DNA of 32,000 bases, from assembly GCA_944349805.1 (NCBI GenBank), contig CALVNP010000035.1, forward strand, positions 1 to 32,000. The letters are read 5' to 3'. The translations under genes and the position numbers were made by a program. Each line of letters opens with the position of its first letter. Position 1 is the stretch's first letter. Under the pieces are notes generated by a model that was given only the letters and a program-made list of their open reading frames with translations, was not told the DNA's origin and did not search any database. Origin of the DNA: an uncultured Clostridia bacterium (GTDB lineage Bacteria > Bacillota > Clostridia > Christensenellales > UBA1242). This document shows, in pieces, positions 8,175-16,146 of this stretch.

Positions 8175-8521
8175 ATAGTTTAGTTTTAGCTTTTGTGGGA
8201 GATGCTGTTCATACTTTGTTTATTAGAAATCACTTTGCAACAGATAAATTCACAGCAGGGAATTTGCACAAAATTTGTTCAGCATATTGCAAGGCAAGTG
8301 CACAAAGTGAAGCTTTAAAAAAAATTGAAAACTTTTTAACCGAAGAAGAAAAAGAAGTGGTTAGAAAAGCGAGAAATGCAAAAACTCACGATGCACCCAA
8401 AAATGCAAAATTGGTTGATTACAAAAGAGCAACATCGTTTGAAGCGCTTGTTGGTTATCTTTATTTGAAAAAAAATCAAGAAAGACTTGACTATATTCTA
8501 AATTTGTCTATATTAGATTGA
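8171..8521 (+). CDS. mrnC: Mini-ribonuclease 3
   Basis: 116 aa. LAFVGDAVHTLFIRNH and SFEALVGYLYL match the Mini-III catalytic signature. ATGA overlap with the hisS stop. The position upstream of rlmB-sigH matches Bacillus. Confidence 0.85.
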   Translation: MNSLVLAFVGDAVHTLFIRNHFATDKFTAGNLHKICSAYCKASAQSEALKKIENFLTEEEKEVVRKARNAKTHDAPKNAKLVDYKRATSFEALVGYLYLKKNQERLDYILNLSILD

Positions 8522-8583
8522 CATTTATTGTCAAAAATGTTAATTTTTACTTAAATGATAACTTTTTGTGGAAAGGAGTAAAA

Positions 8584-8718
8584 ATGTTAGAATATTACCA
8601 AAAAGAAAGTACTATTGAAGAAATAAACAAACTTTTGTCAGAAACATCAAAAGTTGTTTTAAGTTTGCCAGATGAATGTTTTCCAAATATTGATATGGAG
8701 CAGGAAATTGAAAAATAA
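8584..8718 (+). CDS. Upstream fragment (44 aa) of a frameshift-split hypothetical gene
   Basis: Strong AAAGGAG RBS 6 nt upstream of the ATG at 8584. It ends at TAA directly after an A5 run. The TTG at 8518 in the ORF track overlaps the mrnC stop and has no RBS. Confidence 0.45.
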   Translation: MLEYYQKESTIEEINKLLSETSKVVLSLPDECFPNIDMEQEIEK

Positions 8719-9268
8719 GATTAAAATAAAAGAGTTTGAACAGGAAAAATTTTTACAAGCCTTAAAACAAGGTGTAATAAAAAGTCAAAACTTGTATGAA
8801 AAAGCTAAGGAAATTGACGAAAGAGTTTCAAATTCTTCTTTAAGTTTTGAAGAAATATTAGCAATCATAGATAAGTTTATGACAGAGAAAAATGATTACA
8901 ACAAAATTGAAGGTAAATATGTTTTGCAACCTTATGGTAGGGTGTGCTTAGAGCTTGATGCTTCACTTACAAGTGTGTTCTTACAAGCTTCCTTGTGTAC
9001 TGCACTTACTTATAACAGTGCAATAATTTATTCTTATTCAATAGAAAATTATGCAGTTAATATGTATCTTTTAACTTTAATTAATGAAACATTAAAAAGA
9101 TTTTTAGCAGTAAACTATATAATTTTGCAAATTGGCGAAGTCCCAAAACTTGTAAAGAATATTTTTTATATTGTTTATGATAATAATTTAAAATACTCCT
9201 TAAAAAAAGGTGGGAAAACACAAGATTTCACCTTGAATACACTATTAGTAAAAAGTAGGGCAAAATGA
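8672..9268 (+). CDS. Downstream fragment (198 aa) of the same hypothetical gene
   Basis: Long ORF with no RBS of its own, in the +1 frame relative to 8584..8718 and overlapping it by 47 nt. Its stop overlaps the rlmB start (ATGA at 9265-9268), which implies it is translated as part of the operon. Confidence 0.55.
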   Translation: MNVFQILIWSRKLKNKIKIKEFEQEKFLQALKQGVIKSQNLYEKAKEIDERVSNSSLSFEEILAIIDKFMTEKNDYNKIEGKYVLQPYGRVCLELDASLTSVFLQASLCTALTYNSAIIYSYSIENYAVNMYLLTLINETLKRFLAVNYIILQIGEVPKLVKNIFYIVYDNNLKYSLKKGGKTQDFTLNTLLVKSRAK

Positions 9269-9978
9269 TATTAACAACAAAAAATAGCGTGCGTGAAGCT
9301 ATTAATGGAAATTTAACAATCAACAAAATCTATGTTCAAATTGGAGCAAAGGATTTTGAAGTTCAAAAATTATCAAGTTTAGCAAGAAATAATAAACTTA
9401 AAATAGAATATCTTCCCAAAAATATTTTAGATAAAAAATTTGGCAAAAACCAAGGCATAGTTGCAGAAACAGTAGATTTTAAATATTCATCAGTTGATGA
9501 AATAATGAAAAAATCAACAAGTGATTTGCCGTTTATATTGATTTTAGACGGTATTAACGACCCCCATAATTTTGGTGCAATTATAAGAAGCGCAGAATGT
9601 GCTGGCGTTGATGGTATCATCATTCCTAAGGACAGAGCTGTTGCAGTTAATGATACTGTAATAAAAACAAGTACAGGAGCTGTTAGCAATGTTTTGATTG
9701 CAAGAGTTCCAAACATCAATAATGAAATTGAAAAATTAAAGAAAAAAGGTTTTTGGGTTTGGTGTGCTGAAGCAGGTGGAATGGATATTTATAAAACAAA
9801 CTTAAATGGTCCAATTGCTGTTGTAATAGGAAGCGAAGGAAAGGGTGTATCAAAACTAACGAAAGAAAAATGCGATGGTGTTATTTCAATGCCTATGATG
9901 GGAAAGATAAATTCTTTAAACGCAAGTGTTGCAACAGGAATTGTTTTATTTGAAATTTTAAGACAAAGAAGAGGTTAA
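9265..9978 (+). CDS. rlmB: 23S rRNA (guanosine-2'-O)-methyltransferase, SpoU/TrmH family
   Basis: 237 aa. LILDGINDPHNFGAIIRSAECAGVDGIIIP, VVIGSEGKGVS and SLNASVATGIVLFE are the three SpoU motifs. Conserved position between mrnC and sigH. Confidence 0.87.
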   Translation: MILTTKNSVREAINGNLTINKIYVQIGAKDFEVQKLSSLARNNKLKIEYLPKNILDKKFGKNQGIVAETVDFKYSSVDEIMKKSTSDLPFILILDGINDPHNFGAIIRSAECAGVDGIIIPKDRAVAVNDTVIKTSTGAVSNVLIARVPNINNEIEKLKKKGFWVWCAEAGGMDIYKTNLNGPIAVVIGSEGKGVSKLTKEKCDGVISMPMMGKINSLNASVATGIVLFEILRQRRG

Positions 9979-10575
9979 ATGCAAAGAACAGACGAAGAGC
10001 TTGTTCAAATGATAAAACTAGGTATAGAAGAAGCTGAGGAAGAGCTGTTTGCTAGATATAAATCTGTGGTAAGCAGTGTTGCACGCAGTTATTTTTTGAT
10101 GGGTGCAGAGCTTGACGATTTAATTCAAGAAGGAATGATTGGCCTTTATAAGGCGTGTCAAAAGTTCAGCGAAAAGCAAGCTAGTTTTAAGACCTTTGCC
10201 TATCTATGTATAAAAAGACAAATTCAAACTGCTGTCAAGCAGGCGAACAGACAAAAAAATAGAATGTTAAACAATTATGTCTCACTTGACTCTCAGGGTG
10301 GATACAAAACAGGGGAAAATGGAGAAGATGAAGCTGTTTTAATTTTGCCATCAAAGGAGTTGTCTCCTGATGCAGAAATTATTCAAAAGGAAAATTATCA
10401 AGAAATTATAAAAAAAATAAAAAGCGCACTTTCACCTTTGGAGTTAAAAGTGCTGACTCTTTATTTGAAAGGTAATTCATATCAAACAATTTCAGTTGAA
10501 GTGGGGAAAAGTTATAAAAGTGTTGACAATTTGCTTTACAGAATTAAAAATAAGTTGGAATTTTTAAAGCATTAA
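9979..10575 (+). CDS. sigH: RNA polymerase sigma factor SigH (sigma-70 family)
   Basis: 198 aa. ARSYFLMGAELDDLIQEGMIGLYKACQKF...FKTFAYLCIKRQIQTAVKQANRQKN closely follows the SigH region 2 pattern. A C-terminal region 4 HTH is present. Synteny with mrnC-rlmB. Confidence 0.85.
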   Translation: MQRTDEELVQMIKLGIEEAEEELFARYKSVVSSVARSYFLMGAELDDLIQEGMIGLYKACQKFSEKQASFKTFAYLCIKRQIQTAVKQANRQKNRMLNNYVSLDSQGGYKTGENGEDEAVLILPSKELSPDAEIIQKENYQEIIKKIKSALSPLELKVLTLYLKGNSYQTISVEVGKSYKSVDNLLYRIKNKLEFLKH

Positions 10576-10769
10576 AAATATCTTCCACCACTGCAGTTGT
10601 TGTTACAGCCACAGCCACAACCACAACCACAGCCCGAACTTCCGTTTTGACCATATAGAGCAAGTAATAACAAAAGAAGAAAATTACTATTGTTTGCAAG
10701 TTCTGTTCCACTTCCCTGAGCAAATACGGACAAAAGTAAAACTAATAAAATATCTTGGGAAAAGTTCAT
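10572..10769 (-). CDS. Small hydrophobic peptide with a C-terminal (Gly-Cys)5 tract, unknown function
   Basis: 65 aa: MNFSQDILLVLLLSVFAQGSGTELANNSNFLLLLLLALYGQNGSSGCGCGCGCGCNNNCSGGRYF. Strong AAAGGAGG RBS 7 nt upstream of the ATG at 10769. Convergent with sigH (4-nt overlap of stops) and divergent from the ArsR-family gene. Confidence 0.6.
   Translation of the reverse strand: MNFSQDILLVLLLSVFAQGSGTELANNSNFLLLLLLALYGQNGSSGCGCGCGCGCNNNCSGGRYF
10605..10634. repeat. Imperfect hexanucleotide tandem repeat (ACARCC)x5 encoding the (GC)5 tract
   Basis: ACAGCC ACAGCC ACAACC ACAACC ACAGCC on the plus strand, equal to GGYTGT x5 on the coding strand. Confidence 0.9.
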
Positions 10770-10856
10770 AACATACCTCCTTTCTACAAAATTTTATCAA
10801 ATTCAAATTTTATCCTTAAAATTTGCACCTTTTAAAGTTGACCTGAGTGGGCGCAA

Positions 10857-10877
10857 ATATGTACAGTGAGTATATAT
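10857..10877. promoter_or_regulatory. Imperfect 9-3-9 inverted repeat, candidate ArsR-family operator
   Basis: ATATGTACA-GTG-AGTATATAT has 7 of 9 arm positions complementary. It overlaps a possible TTGACC(10838-10843)-18-TACAGT promoter just upstream of the regulator RBS. Confidence 0.3.
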
Positions 10878-10916
10878 GAAGTCAAATTAAAAAATGTTAA
10901 CAATAAAAGGGGTAAA

Positions 10917-11258
10917 ATGGACAAGTTTTTATTATTAAAAGACAATGCAAGAAAAGAGATTTTAAACTATATGCCATCAAAAAGTGTAACAGAAAAATTA
11001 GCCGATTATTTTTCAAATTTTTCAGATTATACAAGAGTCAAGATTATATCTTGTCTATCTATGAGTGATATGTGTGTAAGCGACCTTTCTTTACTTTTGG
11101 AAATCAATCAAACAACACTTAGTCATCAATTAAAACTTTTAAAAGATAAAGGTATTGTTTCTTGCAGGAGAGAAGGTAAAATTATACTATATAAGCTTGC
11201 AAATAAGAGTGTAAACAATTTGATGTTAAACGCAGTAAATTCGATATCAAACTCATAA
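10917..11258 (+). CDS. ArsR/SmtB-family winged-helix transcriptional regulator
   Basis: MCVSDLSLLLEINQTTLSHQLKLLKDKGIVSCRREGKIILYKL is the ArsR HTH-plus-wing signature. The start is set at the ATG at 10917, with AAAAGGGG RBS. The GTG at 10866 is unsupported. Confidence 0.8.
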   Translation: MDKFLLLKDNARKEILNYMPSKSVTEKLADYFSNFSDYTRVKIISCLSMSDMCVSDLSLLLEINQTTLSHQLKLLKDKGIVSCRREGKIILYKLANKSVNNLMLNAVNSISNS

Positions 11259-11280
11259 TAAAATAAAAAATTTAGAAAAT

Positions 11281-11306
11281 AAAAACACCAAAATTTTGGT
11301 GTTTTT
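11281..11306. terminator. Bidirectional terminator between the ArsR-family gene and the uridine-kinase-family gene
   Basis: Perfect palindrome AAAAACACCAAAATTTTGGTGTTTTT lying between convergent stops. Confidence 0.7.
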
Positions 11307-11314
11307 ATCATTTT

Positions 11315-12253
11315 TCATTTATTTATAAACTCGTTTAGTAAACTATCTGTTGGAATTATATCACTTTTTAATTTTCCGCATTTGTTAAGCATTTCAAAAA
11401 GGTCTTGAGCTTCTTCAAGGTCCATTTCCTTTAATTTTGGGGCAAGATAGTTTGCGTAAATTAATGGTTCGTACATATGGGTTGAGTCTACAATGTAATT
11501 AGCAGTTGGTTTGAATGGTTTAATATAAATCGATTCCCCACGAAGTACATTGTTCCATATTTCAAAAGTTTTTGAAAGTTCATATCCCCTAAAATTATAA
11601 TCTCTTATAAGTCTTCTCATTTGCCTTAATTTTTTTGCTGGAATTATAATGTTTTCCCCTATTGTAAAGTCTGCATTAACACATAAATATATTTTATAAA
11701 TGTCACTTTCGTGATCTTTTATAAGTGTTGGATTTAGCGCGTGTATTCCTTCAAATATAACAACTGTATTTTCTTCAAGCTTGACATCGATAAGCTCTTT
11801 TTTTCTTCTACCTGTTAAAAAGTCAAAAACGGGCATTTTTGATTGCTTTTTTTGCAAAAGTTCTTCCACAAAAATATTTAAGTATTCTAAGTCTATTGCA
11901 TTAATGCTTTCAAAATCATAACTCCCATCTGGAAGTTTTGGTGTGTCTTCTCTGTTTTTAAAAAAGTCATCTAAGGACACAACAAAACTGTGAATCCCAT
12001 TTCTTTCTAAATTAGTTCTTATTAAATGTGAAGTTGTTGTTTTACCCGATGATGATGGACCTGCAAGTAAGACAATTTTTGTTTTCAATTTTAATATATC
12101 TTTAACAATTTCATCAATTTGACATTTATATAAACTTTCAGATGTGTTTATTAGTTCGTTTAAATTTTCCTTTGCTTCCTTGTTAATTAATTCTAAGTCG
12201 AAGCTGTTTCTCATAATCGTTCCGTGACGGCGTTCAAGTTCAATTTTGTTCAT
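11315..12253 (-). CDS. Uridine kinase/phosphoribulokinase-family P-loop nucleoside kinase
   Basis: Walker A LLAGPSSSGKTTTSHLI, then SLDDFF...DFESINAIDL...MPVFDF...VVIFEGIHALNP, the Udk-family layout. The start is set at the ATG at 12253, with AAAGGAA RBS. The TTG at 12271 is not needed. Confidence 0.72.
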   Translation of the reverse strand: MNKIELERRHGTIMRNSFDLELINKEAKENLNELINTSESLYKCQIDEIVKDILKLKTKIVLLAGPSSSGKTTTSHLIRTNLERNGIHSFVVSLDDFFKNREDTPKLPDGSYDFESINAIDLEYLNIFVEELLQKKQSKMPVFDFLTGRRKKELIDVKLEENTVVIFEGIHALNPTLIKDHESDIYKIYLCVNADFTIGENIIIPAKKLRQMRRLIRDYNFRGYELSKTFEIWNNVLRGESIYIKPFKPTANYIVDSTHMYEPLIYANYLAPKLKEMDLEEAQDLFEMLNKCGKLKSDIIPTDSLLNEFINK

Positions 12254-12431
12254 AGTATTCCTTTTAAGCAAAAATTATTTTAACATATAAAAAGCGTTTT
12301 GAAAAGCTTTTTGTAAATTTTTGTCTGATTTTAATTTATGCATATAAAACAATTTTAGTCATATTAAAATACTTCTATACAGTGGTAAAGACCCTTTTTG
12401 TTACACCATCATATATTAATATAGGAGTTTT

Positions 12432-13856
12432 ATGAAAATATCAGATTTATTTGGAAAAGAAGCACATATAATTGGTTCTAAGGACGCAGAAATAACAAAT
12501 ATAACCTTTAAAAGTAACGAAGTAAAAAGGGGAAGTTTATATTTTTGCATTAAGGGAGAAAATTTTGATGGGCACGATTTTGCACAAGAAGTGTCAAGTT
12601 TGGGGGCAAGCGCTATTGTTGTTGAAAAAATACAAAAAGTTAATATTCCTCAAATTGTGGTTAAAAACTCAAGAATGGCATTAGGAGAAGTTTGTGCAAG
12701 GTTTTATGGTAATCCAGAAAAAAAGTTGAAATTTGTTGGTATTACGGGCACAAATGGGAAGACTACCACAACATTTATAATAAAGACCATTTTAAAGGAA
12801 GCAGGTTTTAAAGTTGGTGTTATTGGAACGCAAGGAACATTTATAAACGGAAGGAATTACAAAACAAATCTCACCACGCCTGACCCAACGGAATTGTTTA
12901 AAACATTAAAGAAGATGGTTGATGAAAAAGTCAACTATGTTGTTATGGAAGTTTCAGCTCACGCAATATATTTAGAAAAAGTCTCCAACATAATGTACGA
13001 TGTGGGCATAATAACAAACATAACTCAGGACCATTTGGACTTTTTTAACACAATGAAACATTATGAGCAAACAAAAATTGATTTTTTAAATTCAAAACAC
13101 ATAAAAACGGCAGTGGTAAACATTGATGATGACAGAGTGAGAAAAAATTTAGCAAAGATAAATGTTCCAACAATAACTTATGGATTGTATAGTCCTTCTG
13201 ATGTGTTTGCAATGAATGTTGAAAAGAGCTTAGAAAGATCTAAATTTGTTGTAAATGCTTTTGACAATGTTTTTAATGTTGAGTGTCCATTGGTGGGAGA
13301 ATTTAACATATACAACATTTTAGCAGGAATTTCTGCTTGCTTTTCTTTAGGTGTTAGTGAAAAGAATGTTGTTAAAGGATTAAAAAAGGTAAAAGCGCCA
13401 TTAGGTAGGTTTAGTGTTTTAAAGGTCAATGATAAAGTTACTGTGATTATTGATTTTGCACATACACCAGATGGTATGGAAAAGGTTTTAAAAACAATTA
13501 AAGATGTATATTTTGAAAAACTTGTTTGTGTTTTTGGGTGTGGTGGAAACAGAGATTCTGGTAAAAGGTCAATAATGGGAGCTATTGCAGAAAAATACTC
13601 AAATTTTGTTGTAATAACAAGCGACAATCCAAGATTTGAAAAACCTGAAAAGATTTTAGACGACATTGAAAAGGGAACAAGTAAACAAAATCATATTAAA
13701 ATTGTAGATAGAAAAGAGGCGATAAAGTATGCACTTTCTTTGGTTTCTGATGGTGGTGTTATTGCTTTACTTGGTAAAGGTGGAGAACTGTATCAAGATA
13801 TAAATGGAGTAAAAACTCCATATAATGATTTTGAGGAGATTGAAAAAATTTTATGA
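12432..13856 (+). CDS. murE: UDP-N-acetylmuramoyl-L-alanyl-D-glutamate--2,6-diaminopimelate ligase
   Basis: 474 aa. GITGTNGKTTT P-loop, Mur ligase middle and C-terminal domains, and the DNPR motif (TSDNPRFE) associated with meso-DAP-adding MurE. AGGAG RBS. Confidence 0.92.
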   Translation: MKISDLFGKEAHIIGSKDAEITNITFKSNEVKRGSLYFCIKGENFDGHDFAQEVSSLGASAIVVEKIQKVNIPQIVVKNSRMALGEVCARFYGNPEKKLKFVGITGTNGKTTTTFIIKTILKEAGFKVGVIGTQGTFINGRNYKTNLTTPDPTELFKTLKKMVDEKVNYVVMEVSAHAIYLEKVSNIMYDVGIITNITQDHLDFFNTMKHYEQTKIDFLNSKHIKTAVVNIDDDRVRKNLAKINVPTITYGLYSPSDVFAMNVEKSLERSKFVVNAFDNVFNVECPLVGEFNIYNILAGISACFSLGVSEKNVVKGLKKVKAPLGRFSVLKVNDKVTVIIDFAHTPDGMEKVLKTIKDVYFEKLVCVFGCGGNRDSGKRSIMGAIAEKYSNFVVITSDNPRFEKPEKILDDIEKGTSKQNHIKIVDRKEAIKYALSLVSDGGVIALLGKGGELYQDINGVKTPYNDFEEIEKIL

Positions 13857-14860
13857 CAAATATACTTTTAGGTTTTGTTATTAGTTTTGTAATTGCAGGG
13901 CTTATTGCTCCAATAGTCTTAAATTTATGTAAAAAACTGAAAGCTTCTCAGACAATTTTACACTATGTCGAAGCACATAAAAGTAAACAGGGTACGCCAA
14001 CAATGGGAGGTATAATTTTTATTATATCTTCCATTTTATCTGCAATGTTTATAATGAAAAAGGACATCACACTTGCAGTAATTTGTTTGACTAGTATGTT
14101 TGGTTTTGGAATTTTAGGTTTTTTAGACGACTATATTAAAGTTAGATATAAGCAAAATAAGGGGTTAAGGGCATATCAAAAAATTATTGGACAACTTGGG
14201 CTTTCAATTTTGCTTGCTGTTTTTGCATATTATTCCAGCTTTGTTGGGACAGGCATTGTTGTTCCATTTACAAATTCCACCATAGACTTAGGGGCTTTTT
14301 ATATACCTTTTGTTATTTTTGTGTTTATTGCAGTTACAAACAGTGTGAATTTACTTGACGGCTTAGATGGACTTGCTGGTGGTGTCAGTTTTATATACCT
14401 TATAGGATTTATTGCAATAACAATCCTACATCTTGGTGTTGGAACAGGTTTGGCTCCAAACTTTATTTTAGAACAATATAATATGCTTGCTGTGACGGGC
14501 TGTCTTTTGGGTGGGCTTTTAGTCTTTTTAATTTTAAATGGTCACCCTGCATTAATTTTTATGGGAGATACAGGTTCATTGGCCTTAGGTGGTTTTATTT
14601 CTGCGCTTGCAGTTATGTCTGGGCTTGTTTTGTACCTTCCAATTTTAGGACTTGCTTATGTTATAACTTCACTTTCTGATGTGATTCAAGTGTTGCATTA
14701 TAAAAGGACAAAAAAAAGAGTTTTCTTAATGGCACCACTTCATCATCATTTTGAGAAAAAAGGTATGAATGAAAATAAAATTGTCATCGTATATATAATT
14801 GTAACACTATTTATTTCAGCATTGACTGTTTTAATAGCAGGTTATGTTTTGGGGGTATAA
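13853..14860 (+). CDS. mraY: Phospho-N-acetylmuramoyl-pentapeptide transferase
   Basis: 335 aa polytopic membrane protein. Motifs seen: KQGTPTMGG, LGFLDDYIKV, NSVNLLDGLDGLA, MGDTGSLALGG and APLHHHFE. ATGA overlap with murE. Confidence 0.93.
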   Translation: MTNILLGFVISFVIAGLIAPIVLNLCKKLKASQTILHYVEAHKSKQGTPTMGGIIFIISSILSAMFIMKKDITLAVICLTSMFGFGILGFLDDYIKVRYKQNKGLRAYQKIIGQLGLSILLAVFAYYSSFVGTGIVVPFTNSTIDLGAFYIPFVIFVFIAVTNSVNLLDGLDGLAGGVSFIYLIGFIAITILHLGVGTGLAPNFILEQYNMLAVTGCLLGGLLVFLILNGHPALIFMGDTGSLALGGFISALAVMSGLVLYLPILGLAYVITSLSDVIQVLHYKRTKKRVFLMAPLHHHFEKKGMNENKIVIVYIIVTLFISALTVLIAGYVLGV

Positions 14861-16146
14861 TGGAGAGAAAAAAAGTTGCAATTGTGTATGGTTTAGGTTC
14901 AAGTGGAAAATCTGCCATTAAATTTTTATCAAGTTTGGGGTATGTTTTGTATGCGATAGATGATAAAAATGAAATTTGCCCAAATGCAACTTTTGTTAAA
15001 AATTTAAGTGAAATAAATTTAAAAAATATAGATTTTGCAGTTGTAAGTCCAGGGGTTGATATTAATAATGAAAAATTACATTTATTAAAGAAAAACAACA
15101 TTAAACTTATTAGCGAGCTTGAGCTGGGAAGAAAATTCATTAAGAGTAAAATTATAGGAGTTACAGGAACAAATGGTAAAACCACTTGTGTAAATTTGAT
15201 TGATAGTATTTTAAAACAAGGTGGAAAGAAGTCAGTCAAGGTTGGAAATGTTGGAGTTCCAATCACTAGTCAAATTCCAAATTTAAATAAAAAAAATTTT
15301 GCCGTATGTGAAGTTAGTAGTTTTCAAATGGAAACGACAAATAAGTTTAAAACATATATCTCTGTTCTGACGAACATAAAACCAGACCATTTGGACAGAC
15401 ATAAAACAATGGACAACTATATATCATTAAAAGCAAAATTAATCAGTCAGGCAAAATATAAGGTTTTTAACGCAGATGATGAAATTGCATACAATTTATC
15501 AAAAAATTTTAAAAATACCATATTATTTTCTAAGAATAAAAAATGTAATGGTGCATATGTAGAGAAAGATTACATTGTATATAAAAACAAAAAGGTATTA
15601 AGTGTTAGTGATATAAAGCTTTTAGGTGAAAAAAACTTAGAAAATGTTCTTGCTTGTGTAACAGTTGCAAAACTATGTAAAATAAAAAATCAGTACATAC
15701 GAAATGCCGTTTTAAATTTTAATGCATTATCTCACAGAATTGAACTTGTTGATATTATAGATAATGTAATGTTTGTTGATGATAGCAAATCTACCAACAT
15801 TGCAAGTACTCTGTGTGCTATTCAAAGTTTTAAGGACAAGGATATAATACTTTTGCTTGGTGGAAGAGATAAAAGTTTGGACTTTTCCCCAATTTTTGAA
15901 CATAAACTTTATGGTGTTGTTTGCTACGGAGAGTGTGGTTTAAACATTTTATCTGTTGCAAAAGGCGAGCATATTTTCTATGAAGAAAACTTAAAAAATG
16001 CCTTTTATAAAGCTTATGAAATTGCAAGAGCTAATAGTGTTGTTTTGCTTTCTCCTGCGTGTGCAAGTTTTGACGAATTTGAAAACTATAAAAAACGGGG
16101 TGAATATTTTAAACACTTAGTTGAAAGACAAAAGAAGGGCTTATGA
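14860..16146 (+). CDS. murD: UDP-N-acetylmuramoylalanine--D-glutamate ligase
   Basis: 428 aa. N-terminal Rossmann segment GLGSSGKS, GVTGTNGKTT P-loop, DDSKSTN, and position between mraY and ftsW. TAATG overlap with mraY. Confidence 0.9.
   Translation: MERKKVAIVYGLGSSGKSAIKFLSSLGYVLYAIDDKNEICPNATFVKNLSEINLKNIDFAVVSPGVDINNEKLHLLKKNNIKLISELELGRKFIKSKIIGVTGTNGKTTCVNLIDSILKQGGKKSVKVGNVGVPITSQIPNLNKKNFAVCEVSSFQMETTNKFKTYISVLTNIKPDHLDRHKTMDNYISLKAKLISQAKYKVFNADDEIAYNLSKNFKNTILFSKNKKCNGAYVEKDYIVYKNKKVLSVSDIKLLGEKNLENVLACVTVAKLCKIKNQYIRNAVLNFNALSHRIELVDIIDNVMFVDDSKSTNIASTLCAIQSFKDKDIILLLGGRDKSLDFSPIFEHKLYGVVCYGECGLNILSVAKGEHIFYEENLKNAFYKAYEIARANSVVLLSPACASFDEFENYKKRGEYFKHLVERQKKGL

Noticed and set aside
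10599-10640. Short tandem repeat considered as a CRISPR array or non-coding microsatellite
   Set aside because: The units are 6 nt with no spacers, and the repeat lies in-frame inside an ORF with a strong RBS. It is a coding repeat.
11126-11311. 61-aa minus-strand ORF across the 3' end of the ArsR-family gene
   Set aside because: It runs through the bidirectional terminator, is antisense to the regulator and has no RBS.
13178-15266. Minus-strand ORFs 13178..13666 and 14811..15266 inside murE, mraY and murD
   Set aside because: They are antisense shadows of conserved Mur/MraY frames. The same applies to 5480..5845, 6180..6428, 7715..7990, 9363..9719, 17816..18118, 18926..19129, 19975..20217, 20595..20804, 21792..21983, 25471..25704 and 27992..28234.
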